Shown in pieces: positions 24,835-36,972 of a stretch of DNA of 64,000 bases. Origin of the DNA: Yuukianura sp. NJ FZ-2021 (lineage: Eukaryota). Position 1 is the stretch's first letter. Each line of letters opens with the position of its first letter. Where the stretch lies: contig CM102289.1 in assembly GCA_046563655.1 (NCBI GenBank), forward strand, positions 9,486,001 to 9,550,000, given 5' to 3'. Both the position numbers and the translations under genes were made by a program. The notes beneath the pieces were generated by a model. That model worked only from the letters and a program-made list of their open reading frames with translations, searched no databases and was not told where the DNA came from.

Positions 24835-27179
24835 ATGTTTTGCAAAAATAAAAAATTCTGCCTTGAGGCCTAGACTGCCTTGAAACGTAAAGGTGAAATT
24901 GTCCACGCAAAAAAGTTTCAAAAATTTACGGAGTAATTTCAATAATTTGAAAATTGGAAAGTCAATTGTGCATGACCAATTGATTGAAGTTTATTTTCAT
25001 TCGCAACTGACCTGAATTTGACTTGTTTTTGTATGAATAATGAAAGTCCAACTTTGAAATTGGTGCTGAAAGTTGTAGCAAAGTTGAAAAGAGGGAGCGT
25101 GGTAAAAACGTAAGCGGCTACATGCATATGTTTTGGTTTAGCTAAATTAAAAAAATGGCACGAGACATACATAACTGCACCAAATTTCAAAAAGAGAAAG
25201 TTTCAGAGGTCACTGAAGGTCATTCCAGCGTCACTCCATTACATAACTGTTATATGGAGAGTATAGTTTCCGGATGACCTCCCAGGGAGGCTTTGTGCCT
25301 CGTATCAATTAATGTCAAATGCAAGTTTTAACACTTCAACCGTGAGAGGTACAAGAGCTGAAATTGTAGTGGTTTGCGCAGCATGAAATTATGTTGTACG
25401 TGTCATTTTTTAACATAAAAATTCCATCTTAGGTCACGGAACCTTTTTGTGCTGCATTACTTTTTTCCGCATAAAATTTTGAAAATACTTCCAAATTTGA
25501 AAGTTGAACCTGAAAACAGCAGTTTTGACTTTTCTGTTAGTTTTGAAGCACGAAGGGAAAGGTGAAACGGGATGATTGATGACATGAAAGAAAAAACTCA
25601 ACTTTTCTACACTCGAAAAGTTGTAATTTCCTTTGCACTAAAAATGTGTCTTGAACCCGATGACAAAAATGAAGTTGATTTGAGTGCAAAATGAAAAAGA
25701 ATGAAAAAAGAATCCTGGTTTTCAGTTTTAAAAATCCAATGAATAGAATTCAAAAGTGAAGAGTATGAGATTCATAAAAGTGTTTATTTTTGAAACTGGA
25801 TGTGCATGTGCTAAAACAGCAAAAACATGTTTGATAAATTTTAACACTACTGTCATGTTAAGTTGGTGACCACATTGCCACTTTGGCTAAAAATTTACTC
25901 TCAAATGATTCCCATGAAAAAGATGAAACTAAAAAACGCTGAAAATCTTTAAACATATCTTGGCTTCAACTTTTTTAAAAAAAAAAAAAAGTCCTGCCGA
26001 ATTCAGCACAAAGCGAAATATTAACTTTTACGTTTCTGGAATTCCTGTCTAAATTTTTTTATTATAATTTATTTTCCGTTTTTTGTTACAAATTACAGAT
26101 TTTTATCACAACTCTCTCCGGTACTTTTTGAATCGATATGAAAGCAGTACAAGGTCAAAGGTCAAGGTTTGATTTCATAAAAAAAATGCTCCAGCGTCTG
26201 TTTGACGCTGGAACTAATGCTTAATCCAGCGTCTTTTTGTTATTCCAGGCACCTTCCAGCGCCAGCGTAAGAGTTAATACATAATTAGCCACACTGGATT
26301 CCTTTGTGCTGAAAAATAAAAGAGAATCCTTAATTCCTTTCTTCGTTAATCCCAATTTAACACTCTCCGACTTCCATCCTCCCACGAAGTCCGATCTTCC
26401 AACAAACTCCGAATTTCGGAGCTTACACTTCGGTTTTAGTTGGAAACTGAAATTAATTCGTGCTCTGAATTTAGATCAGACGCCCATTTCCAAAATGTCT
26501 TCTGGTGGGAACCACAATTATGAACTTTCTTCTGCAAATTACTCGCCTCCTCCCACTCTTTTACCTTAATCTAACAACCTAACTTAAAAAACCTTGCTAA
26601 AGTTTCAGTTTGAGCCGAATTTAAGGGCGTTTCGATGTAACATTCACTTTCCCAAGCAGCTTTTGTCTAAAAAGCTTAAAACTGAAAGTTCAGCGGAACG
26701 GCCAAAAGTCGTTTTTCATAAATCCGGAAAATGTTAAGCCGATTCAACAAGTTTGGTTTTTGGGCGGCGGGAAAAGTTGTTCAAAAAGTTATCAAAAACG
26801 GAGTTTCACTTTCACTTTCAAGTTTTGTGCTTGAGCTTCCAAAATTTCCCGCGCTTCGTCGGTTTTCTAAGGAAATACTACTAGATTTTCTGCTCGAGGT
26901 GTTTTTCTTCCATTGGAAGTAAATTTGATTTGATCCCGGGAAAATTCAAAAATTTTAAATTTTCAAAAAATAGTGAAGTGAAGGTGATGTTTCGGTGTTT
27001 GGTTTTGATCCGAAATTGAAAGAAAAGTTGTGGAAGTGAGTTGAAATTGAGTTAGCAGCAGGGTGTCTCACAAAAATGACAAATTTTTCACTTTTCATGT
27101 GATATTAAGATTTATAAACGAGTATTTTTAGGTTAATAGTCTGCCCAGGGCGAGAAGCTGGAGCACATCTATGTAATAC

Positions 27180-27332
27180 GGTCAAAAACAATTTGGTCAA
27201 AAAGTGAAAAGGTCAAAAAGTAAGAAGATCGAACATAAGATAACTATACTAACAAATATAATCTACTATTTGTAACTGTTGACATTTTCATTTTTTTGAC
27301 CTTTTCACTTTTTGATCAAATCATTTTGACCA
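27180..27332. mobile_element. Foldback/MITE-like element with ~40-bp inverted arms
   Basis: GGTCAAAAACAATTTGGTCAAAAAGTGAAAAGGTCAAAAA is the near reverse complement of TTTTTGACCTTTTCACTTTTTGATCAAATCATTTTGACC; related sequence at ~17713-17770. Confidence 0.7.
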
Positions 27333-27489
27333 TTTTACCTGCTACTGAGTGTAGTTAATATTTTTTCAACTTGATTAGATGATCCAGAAAAAAGCTAAAT
27401 TTAGAACCCAGAGTTGGGCATCTTTCAACAAACTTTTTCTTAAGCCTTGCGCTCGTTCTGTTAATCCTGGAATGTGGGATGTGACAAAA

Positions 27490-27563
27490 GTTAGGTTTTG
27501 GTTAGGCTAGGATTAGGTTATGGTTAGGCTAGCGTTAGGTTATGGTTAGGTTAGCGTTAGGTT
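27490..27563 (+). repeat. Degenerate interstitial (TTAGG)n-like tract
   Basis: GTTAGG/TTAGGTTA/GTTAGGCTAG units in tandem; TTAGG is the ancestral arthropod telomere repeat. Confidence 0.7.
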
Positions 27564-28388
27564 GTGCCGTTGGCATCTGGTCCCACGCTGGAACGATGAC
27601 AAAGACGACATTTCCAATTCAGAAAATGGCGGGAACTTTCAAGACTTGGAGGATAATTGTGTTCGTGGCTACAATTAGGCTCTCTTTTGTTCTCACTCAA
27701 CTCTTCTTTCTTGTCTTGTCTAATGAAATCCCCCTTCAAACGAAGCACTGCATTAACTGTGATGAGAAATTACTTACAGCTTTGGCACTGGAATTCACTT
27801 TTTCAAAAAAAAAATTGAGAAAGTTTTTTTTGAACATTCTTGATGAACTCAAAATTTTCGTCTAAAAACAAACCCTCGAATTTAGAAATATCGGTGAAAG
27901 TTCTAAAACTAGAAACTCGTCGATGTTAAAAAATTCAAAAACTTTACTTTTGTTAATTTTTTTCTAATTGTAAAATTTTAGTTTTGCTGATAAAGGAATT
28001 TAAAAGTTTCCGCACTTTTTAAAAAACTTTGTTACTCGCCAAATTTTTGTTGGTCCTATTTCCATTTAAATCCAATTGTTCATTTGTGCGTTTTGTGTTA
28101 TTTTTAGGGTTTAAATCTGCGAACTTTCACCTGCTCTCCACTTTTTAACTGCCTTGTCAAAGTTAGTTTTAAAAACAACTTCAGTATTGTCTTTTGTGGA
28201 ACAAAAGAGAAAGTCTAAAGAAAAGCAGAAAGAAAAACTTTTTAACACAATTTCTTAACTTTTACCCCGCTTCAAGATTTTTTTTGAAAACTAAACTTTT
28301 GAAAGTAGGAGAGTTCTTGATTTGAACCTGTTTTTGTCCTGGACATAAAAAATGTGTCTCAAGAGGAGAAAGTTTTAGAACGGTTGTT

Positions 28389-28501
28389 GCAAGCACAGAT
28401 ATTGCTGCAGCGAGCACAGATATTGCTGCAGCGAGCATAGATATTGCTGCAGCAAGCACAGATATTGCTGCAGCAAGCATAGGTATTGCTGCAGCAAGCA
28501 G
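28389..28501. repeat. 21-bp tandem repeat x5 (GCAAGCACAGATATTGCTGCA)
   Basis: Directly visible; it produces the repetitive ORF 28262..28480. Confidence 0.92.
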
Positions 28502-31500
28502 TAGACAAAAAAGGAAGCTAAAAATATCTAAAAAGTATTTCCTGTTTCAAATTTGGGATCATAAAAATCCAAATTTCAGTTTCCTGTTTTCATGCATCAT
28601 AAAAAATAAAAATGAAACACATAATAGTTACTTCCTCCAAATTGAAAAAAAAAATTCGCATCCTCATACACTTCCATTACCGTTCTAAAAATTGCCTCTA
28701 TTTGTCAAAACCCACAAAACATTTTGTTGTACTATGTTAGAGTTGCATTCAAAATTGAAGCTTGTTCAATCATGCCCTTTTTTTTTTGAAATTTTAGAAA
28801 ATGTTGAAATTGTTATAAAATTATGCTTACTGCAAAAATCATACAGAACAGAACCTTGCTATTAGTTCCTCGTCATGCATCTTGTTTTTCTTTAAAGTTC
28901 AGGTTAAAAACTTTCCAATTTTTGATCTGACAGTCTTTTGTTACGGTTTTTTGTGAAGTGATTCACAATGCTACGCAAACCTAACAATCATTTCGTGTGC
29001 TACTAACCAAACTGAGAACTAAAAAAGTTGTGAACATAACGCATCTCAACTTGTTCTAACAAAGAAACTGAAAGTTTTTTTTTCCAAACTTGATTTATTA
29101 TTTGGAGAAAGTCGGTGGAAGAAAAAGTTTAAATTGGATTCTGCGGTTCTTCGTTTCCAAAAGTGAAGTATGTGTAGAGAGCCATTTTTAATTTTAAGTC
29201 TCCTTTCCAATTTTATTTTTCAAAAAAACAGAAAAAAACGAAAAAAGTCAACATGTTCCACTGTGGCTGTCAAACGCATACCTGAGGTCTAACAAACCAA
29301 AACTTAGCAACGCCTTCCAAAGTTCCAAAAATTAAAAAGAAACTTTTTAAAAACTCGCGCCTTGCGCGCGTGAAAGTGGATCATGAGAGTCTTTGATGGT
29401 TTAGGTAAAAACACGAGAAAGGCTAAATGAGTTGCGTCGTTAATTGCATTAGTGTTGTTAAGTGTCTTAAAAGCCTTTTGATTTGCATTTCCTAATTTCA
29501 TTTTCATTGAATCTCTTTTCCCTGCTAAAGATTTAGTTATGAAGATAAATCGTCGAATATCCTAAAAGCACTCAACAACTCTGACGCTGTCAAATTTCAA
29601 AATTTTCTCAAAATCTCAAAAATGTTAAGGTTTTGACTTTCAAAAGTTGGACTAACCTAGCTTCAGAAATTTTTTTTGAGGAAAAGATGAAAGCAAACCT
29701 TGGAGAAACTTTATTTCTCCTGGGATTTTGATTACATTTGGGCAGATGACTTTCTCTTTGGACTTTTTGAACCCAACCACAAAATTTTGTGTAAAAATTT
29801 GACCCAGTCGGAGTTGTTTTAGTCCCAAGTGGAGCCTGGTCTTTTGACTTTTCAAAATTTGTTCTGCTTTCACTTTTCTTCCTGTTTGATCCCTCACGCC
29901 CTTCACAAAAGTTTTTGTTTTAGTTTGTCTCCACGCGTCTTTTTTTGAAGTGAACTTAACTTTTCACTGGGAGAAAGCATAGCTCCGGGGTTTATGGCCT
30001 CACTATTATTCGAACGAAGGTGCCAATTATTGTCTGTGTATTTTAAAAGTTTAAGACAAAGATGGCGCCGAAACACGAAAAGAAAGTCAATAGCTCCAGG
30101 GAGGGGCAACGTGCGACAAGAAAAAAAAAGAAATTTAGTGGCGCGAAAGTGTTGAAAAGTATTTATAAAGTGTTGCTGGAAGGATAAAACGTTTCTTCCA
30201 TCTCAGTCGAAATTTGTGGAAGTATCCGGATTTAATTGGCTGTATCCAATTCATCCAGTCATTTCATCCGGTTAAAACTGGATGAAATCCTATACCCACT
30301 GGATGAAATATCGAAAAAGTGAATATCCACCGACGCTGATAAAAAATTGTATTAGTACTAGTTTTAATGGTAGGAGAACATATGTTATCGTTCTGCACAG
30401 AAGTAGTTCAGGAATTTTGAAAAAACCACTAAAGAAACCTCCTTTTGTTCGAGAAAGTTTCGTTGGCGGTTTTTTGAAAAGTCGGGAACTACTTCTGCGC
30501 AATACGTTAGACAAACGTCGTAAGGTAGTAAGGCAGAAATAGGAAGAGAAATAAGATTAGTTGGTTTATTAATGTTTGTGCTGTCGTGTCATGTCATCGA
30601 TGAATCTGCCATGTGATAAATGAACTTTCTCTTGCTTTTCCCAAGCTGGACCAAAATATTTTCTCATTTCCCGCCTTACTTCCCGTGGGGACTTGACCTC
30701 CTTTGTGCCCTTCCATTTCTCCTAAGGTTAGTCTCTACAAAAATAGGAAGTGAAAGCCTCTACAATGGACGAAGGTACACACAACTCCCAACCGTAAAAC
30801 CAACGCGGGAGTTTCAAACAATAGAAAAAGTTGGAGAAAACAAATTGTAAAAGTCAATACAATTATAAATGTTGTTTTTCCCGAATTTTCGTCAGCCCTG
30901 TTTTGTTCAAAGTTTCCCGCGGTCAGAAAAATTTCCTGTTTTATGCGCATGTAATATCACGTGTGTTAGGCAAAACTTATGTTTTCTCATTTCAGGACTA
31001 ATTTTTGGCGCTAAAATGTTTAGTTTGAAAATCAATACAAGAGATTTCGGCTCCATTTGTCAGACAGAAGTTTGCCAAGTAAAGTACTATTTGTTAATGA
31101 TTTCGACTAACATTAGGTTATGTTTTTGTTCCTTTTACGTTATGTGTTGATCCCACGAGGTTTTGGTTAAGGTAAACTGAAGTTATGCCCCATGTTTTGT
31201 TTACTGAGATCAGACATGATGATGACAGTGGTGGAAGACAGATGAGGAAATCGACGAGGATTCAAAAAAACGCGCCTACCGCGCGGTATTCCCGGCCATT
31301 TCGGCAGGAGAAGAAACCAAATTGAATCGTCTTCTGGGAAGTTATTAGGTAAAAACATGACCACACTGAAGAAATGGAAGTGTATTGGAAAAGCGGGACT
31401 TTTGAGCAGAATACCCGGGTAGTAGCTGAGTAAAACCAAAGATTGAATTGGTGGTGGTGGAGGTGGCAGGGAGGAAAAATGAGCCTTCCCATGGGGGTTC

Positions 31501-31867
31501 TTCGTCCTCATCCAGGAAGTGGAGCAACTGAAATCAGATCACAAGCACTATAGGTATGGACTTTCAGCCTTTCAAACAAAAATCCAGTTTACTTCCAATA
31601 AAAACCTTACCGAAAAAAGAGATTCTACTCAGAGACAACAGCGGAGTCAAGGAATCCTTCCAGAAAAGATCATCTTCTCTCCGAATCTTGAACTTGAGAG
31701 ATTTACTCCGCTTCCTGTTAAAAGCTCCGCTGAAAAGAATTAATCAACTGTCTCTATTATTGTCTGCTTTTCAATTTAAAATGAGCATCAACAAAGGAGG
31801 AACCTGTTTGTTAAGTATGACTCCCTAAGTTGTTTAAAAAGTGAACAAAAGAGTTCTGTTATAAGTG

Positions 31868-31873
31868 TTTATT
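31868..31873 (-). terminator. Polyadenylation signal AATAAA of RpS2
   Basis: TTTATT on the plus strand, ~83 nt downstream of the RpS2 stop. Confidence 0.7.
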
Positions 31874-31955
31874 CTGAAAAAAGAATAACAGATTTCCCAT
31901 TTAAAAAATTTGCCTTAGCGTTAACGAGTAACGTTGGAGCAAGAGTTGTCACTTT

Positions 31956-33002
31956 TTAGGCGCCAGCAGTTCGTGGGCCGACCATTGGCTTGTGTGTTTT
32001 GGAGAGATGGTCAGTGTGCTCCTGGATGGGAGAAGGAGTGAGCTGAGTCTCTTTCCACAAGTCAGGGGTCAAGTAGGCGTAGGTCTTGGCAATTGCTTGG
32101 TAAGTGGCTTTGGCTGAATGAAAAGAAAAAAGTTATAGTGACATGTTGGCTTGAAGGTTTTGAACAAGAATTGTCATGGTTACCAAAGTTGCCCAGAGTG
32201 CCAGTACTGCCAGTAGCTGACGTGTAGCAATCCTCAACACCGGCCATCTTCAACAGCTTCTTGGGAACTGGAGCGGAGACGATGCCTGTTCCTCTTGGTG
32301 CTGGAATGAGACGTACCAGAACTGAGCCGCACTTGCCAGTGACCTGGGGAGGGAGACGAATGTCAAACGTTTTAAAATCGAACTGCAACATTTCGTTCTA
32401 AAAACGAATTGAAGCTAACAATTACCTTGCAAGGAACGGTATGGGGTTTACCGATCTTGTTGCCCCAATACCCTCGTCGAACTGGGACGACGGAAAGTTT
32501 GGCCAAAATGATAGCTCCTCGAATGGCAGTTGCTACTTCCTTGGAGCACTTGACACCAAGACCAATGTGTCCGTTGAAGTCACCAATGGCTATAACACAA
32601 ACAATATCAATGATTAATCAACCAACTAATTGAATGATGAGCGAACTTACCAACGAAAGCCTTGAAGCGAGTACGTTGGCCAGCCCGAGTTTGCTTTTGA
32701 ACGGGCATGATCTTGAGGACCTCATCTTTGAGAGATTGTCCCAAGAAGTGATCGATGATCTCGAATTCTTTGATGGGCAAAGAGAACAAGTAAATCTCCT
32801 CCAAATTCTTGATCTTTCCGTCCTTGACCAAACGTCCCAACTTCGTCACTGGAACCCACTCCTTGTCTCCATCTTTGCCACCACCGCCGCGTCCTCCACG
32901 ACCACGACCACGGCCTCTTCCGCGGCCACCACCACCGCCGCGACCTCCACCGAAACCGCCTCGGAATCCACCTCGACCACCGGCTGGAGCAGCATCCGCC
33001 AT
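31956..33002 (-). CDS. RpS2: 40S ribosomal protein S2 (uS5)
   Basis: RGG-rich N-terminus, [53 protein letters not shown]. Coding exons 33002-32651, 32589-32426, 32343-32184 and 32113-31956, all GT-AG and phase-consistent. A non-coding first exon ends at ~33337 (GTAAGA donor). Confidence 0.98.
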
Positions 33003-33124
33003 TCTAAAAAGAAGTTTATATTAAATTCAGAATTCCACGAATCTCGTTGTATCTTTGATAGTAATTAGCAAAAATTCTTAAAAGATTCAACGTTAAAAAT
33101 CGCTAACTAAATTCTGATTAAGAA

Positions 33125-33280
33125 TAAGCTCCGCCCCTTCCCGGACTCCCATGCTGAAAGCATGGGAAAAGCATGCCGTTCCGGCGAACGACTGTTTCGT
33201 GTCGAAAACTATCCAAATTGCCAAATATTTAGTACCGAAGTTAAGTCAACCCTATCCTCATCAGTATACGCTGTTTCAGA
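33125..33280 (-). ncRNA. GC-rich multi-hairpin element in RpS2 intron 1 (candidate intronic ncRNA or regulatory structure)
   Basis: Perfect 9-bp hairpin TCCCATGCT-3nt-AGCATGGGA (33147-33167), adjacent hairpins GTCGTTC/GAACGGC and GTTTTCG/CGAAAC, and a box-C-like CTGATGA, inside an otherwise very AT-rich intron. Confidence 0.4.
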
Positions 33281-34210
33281 CTAAATTAGTTGCATATAAT
33301 AACTAATTAAATTAATTTAAAAATAAAGAATCTTACGTGTATCTCGATTGATGAAGTGTGGATAGGTTAATGTCACATGGACTTCTGTGCGCCGCGAATC
33401 TCAACGCATCTCCTTTTCCACATTGAACAGCTCTATAGAGCGGGGACGGGCATCCATCTGAGTTTACTTTTTAAAATTGTTTCATCTGTTTATTAATTAA
33501 AAAGCTTTATAATATGACTTTACTTTAACCAAATTAATTAAATTAATTTCTATTTTCTATAATATGTAAAATACATAAATTATAACACTCGATGACATCT
33601 TTTCTTTACCATAAAGATTACATGCATGCCCAAACTTGATCTTTATTACTAAACGCATGTGTCATGAGTAGCTTTTAGCCAGCCAGCCTAAATTTTTGAT
33701 TTTGCAATGCAATTGCCATTACAGCAGTTGATTTTGCAAGTCCAATTGCCATTGCAATAGTTAAGACACCCACAACACACAACGTACAATAACAAATCTA
33801 ATTAAATAACCTTATTTATACGATTAGGTAATTATAGTTGATTTATATATACTTACATTATATATATTTATAATTATAAATGCAAATTAGTAATTAAATT
33901 TTGGGTGGGGCTTTAGTTTATGTGTGTTTTGTTAAAGATGTTTGTTCGACCCATAAAGTGGCAATGGCATTACCGTTTGGCCTATTTCTAATTTGGCATT
34001 CCCTTTGCCCGTCATTTGAATGTTGATAAAAAATTATCTTTTCTGTTTTCCAGAAGTTTTCCAATTTAGTAATTAAATTAAAGAAGTCTGTCTAAAATTA
34101 ATTAAGTAGCTACAATAATGTTGTGTTCATAGACTACATAGAGGACTTTGTTTTTTAATACAGGGACGACCGTTCTAAGGTTGACAAAAAGAACTAAAAG
34201 CACAAAAGGA

Positions 34211-35215
34211 ATGGAGAAAAACAGTGACTCATCAGCTCCAGATGAATCTTACGTCGCACACGAACCGGAAGTGCGAGATGGTCAGCTGACTGCGGAATTG
34301 AACAACCAACAACAGCAACACGTAGAAGATACTGCTGCTGCTGCGGAGAGCAACCCTGATGCTGCGACAACTGAGGCCGAGGTTAATTTTTACATTTGTT
34401 TAATGTTAACGCAAGACTTGAAATTAATTTGACTGAAATGTTATGTTTAGAAAAACGGTGGTCGTGAATCGTCTGACACAGAAGACGAAGCAGAGGAAGA
34501 GCCGACTGGACCACATGAGTGGGACGGAATGGATGCTGCAGAACGTTTGCAACGTGCGAAGGAACTCAAGCTTCAAGGAAACGATGAATTTAGTGAAGGA
34601 AACTATGAAGAGTCCATAAAAACTTACACCAAGGGACTGGGTTTCTGTCCCGACACTGAGCCAGTATTCCGAAGTATATTATTCGCCAATAGGTCTGCAG
34701 CAAAGATGAAGCTGGTACGTTTTAAGTCGATTTTAAGATGAAAAGTGATGAACCCCGTGATTAATCGATTAATATTCGACGTTTTTAGGGAATGAAGAAG
34801 AATGCCGTCAAGGATTGTACTCAAGCGATAGAACACAATCCCAACTACGTTCGTGCATTACTTCGGCGTGCTAAGTTGCACGAAGAACTGGAGAAACTGG
34901 AAGAGTCATTGGCAGATTATCACAAAGTCCTTGAATTGGACCCAACTAATCGTGAAGCTAGTCTCGCAGCACATGTAAGTCTAACTTTTTATACCTTAAC
35001 AGTGCTATAAAGTACCCTATTTCACGGCGTATATTTTGCAGAAGTTACCTGGCGAAATCAACGAGAAGAATGAAAAACTGAAGACAGAGATGCTTGGCAA
35101 ATTGAAAGAACTGGGCAACATGGTTCTCCGCCCCTTCGGTCTCTCTACTGACAACTTTCAACTGCAACAAGATCCTAATACCGGAAGTTACTCTGTTAAT
35201 TTCAACAAGAGTTGA
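34211..35215 (+). CDS. TTC1: Tetratricopeptide repeat protein 1
   Basis: Acidic N-terminus, three TPRs ([51 protein letters not shown]) and the diagnostic C-terminus [35 protein letters not shown]. Exons 34211-34381, 34451-34714, 34789-34974, 35042-35215. Confidence 0.95.
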
Positions 35216-35363
35216 ACTGTTACCATTCTTCTCATTCCCTAAGATCTTGGCGCTCAAAGTGATAAATCGCACCGTTTACTCCAAATAATTAAACTTCTCC
35301 CGCCTTTCCATTAATTAATAAACTAAAAACATTACAACAAAATGTTTCATAACAAAGTCAAGA

Positions 35364-36972
35364 TTAGCAAATTTCGTCATAAGCCATGAAGCGATCAATA
35401 GCATGGACGACTCCATTTGTCGCTGGAATGTCCGAACGAAGGACTCTGGACAAGCCAACTTCTCGGAGGTGATCTACCGAATATGTTAATTGTTAATTTT
35501 TAGAAACTAATTGATTAACGTTAATTTCTTACCATTTCTGACTCCAACTGCCACTTCCCGTTCTGACGCAGTGGTCAGTTCTTGTCCATCTTTAAATGCT
35601 GGACTGAAGTGTGTTCCAAGGATGACGTGCTGCAGAATCATGGATTGAGCTTCCTTTCTAGCCAGTGAACCTGCGGTTTCAAAAATTAAGATCATTCAGA
35701 TTTTAATAAATTCAGAATTTTAATTTTCAATTTCTGAAAAACTTACGACCTGAAGTATGATTGTCCGCATTTTCCAAAATGTGGCGTACTCTTTGCGGCA
35801 GAAAGTCGAAAGCGTCGTTGGTTGGTGCAAACAAAGTCATTGGGTTTCCTGTAATAACGTAATTATGCTAACTTTATGAGCTTATTCATGTCTGTCTGTT
35901 TGTCCGTCCGTCTGTCTGTCTATTCTTGAGTAATGTGAAAGCTACTGTATAATGTTATTCATGTCCGTCTGCCTGTCTGAGTTATCTCAGAAACTACTTG
36001 GCCGACTTTTTGTATCTTAATTAGCGATTAATTGATTAATTTAACCTTTGTTTTTGAGATCATCTTCTAGCCCGGCTTTTCGAACGTATTCTTTGAATTT
36101 TGAAAATGAAGTGCAATTTTCCAAGACCTCAAACAAATTGCCAACTGGAAGTGGGAATAGCGTGTCACCGATGACATGGACCACACCGTTGGATGCAACT
36201 GCATCAGGTACAGTCAGAGTCACATGGTTGATTGTTGGTTTCTAGAAATAGCAGTTAAGTTAGTTAATTAAAAACTTAATTAGAAAATTGGTTTCTTACT
36301 CGATCTGGATAGAGTCTGAGGGTCAGAGGTCGACCGTGGTAGAGCGTGGGGACTCTCTGTTCGTTTTTCATGTCTTTGGAGTTGATTTTGCCCATGGTGA
36401 TGTGGTAGAGCAGCATGTGAGCCAGTACTTCAGCATCCTGCAGCAGTTTCCGCTGAGCCCACTTCGGTAAACGATCAATCGCTTCATCCGTCGGAGCGAA
36501 AACTGTGAAGGGGCCTGACCCCTGTAAAGCGTCGCCCAACTGCGTCTGCTGAATCAATTGCAGAAATGTCGTCGCACGTAACTCCTGAAAATTTGGTTGC
36601 AAAACTTAGTTTCAACTGTCTCTATATTAATGGCAATGCTCGATACAATCTTACTTGCACTACTTTGCTATATACTACTTTTCAAAAAAATTTTTTCATT
36701 ACGATTTGAATTTAAGTTTGAATTTTGAATACCTTAAGGACATCGATGATAGTGCCCCGTCTTGGGTGACTGCCGGGGGTCGTCGAGGGGTCATTGACCT
36801 TGTCAAATTTTAAAAATATTCTAAAATACAGTGTTTAAACGATGTATTTTTTGTCAATTTTTTTTACCGAATCCTGTGTCCTTTTTCTGCCTGTAAATAA
36901 ATTTGCGAAAATCTGTCCTTGTGCGAAAGTGCAAAAGATGCTGAGGAAAATCCACAACAAGTGAAGTCTCAT
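35364..36972 (-). CDS. Secreted fasciclin (2x FAS1 domain) protein, periostin/TGFBI-like
   Basis: Signal peptide MRLHLLWIFLSIFCTFAQG. H1 motifs GPFTVFAPTDEA and PMTLFAPTNDAF, H2 motifs ASNGVVHVIG and ATNGVVHAID. About 7 exons in consistent phase; stop at 35364-35366. Confidence 0.9.
35886..36010 (+). mobile_element. DINE-1/HINE-like (Helentron-associated) fragment in a FAS1-gene intron
   Basis: A (GTCY)n microsatellite GTCTGTCTGTTTGTCCGTCCGTCTGTCTGTCT followed by TATCTCAGAAACTACTTGGCCGA, the arrangement typical of insect DINE-1-like elements. Confidence 0.55.

Noticed and set aside
28262..28480. ORF (LAAAISV)n resembling a hydrophobic peptide
   Set aside because: Translation of a 21-bp minisatellite.
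32409..33068. Plus-strand ORFs 32409..32633, 32634..33068, 32809..33024
   Set aside because: Antisense shadows of RpS2 exons.
33121..33140. RNase MRP/P CR-V-like CGGAGCTTATTC on the minus strand
   Set aside because: No matching CR-I (GAAAGTC..) upstream to form P4.
33165..33280. Hammerhead ribozyme (CTGATGA...GAAAC on the minus strand)
   Set aside because: No proper stem II between the core motifs and no NUH cleavage triplet at the required position; kept only as a generic structured element.
35364..36972. Horizontal transfer of a bacterial MPB70-like fasciclin
   Set aside because: Multi-intron gene with a signal peptide and two FAS1 domains, consistent with native arthropod fasciclins; no evidence for transfer without a phylogeny.
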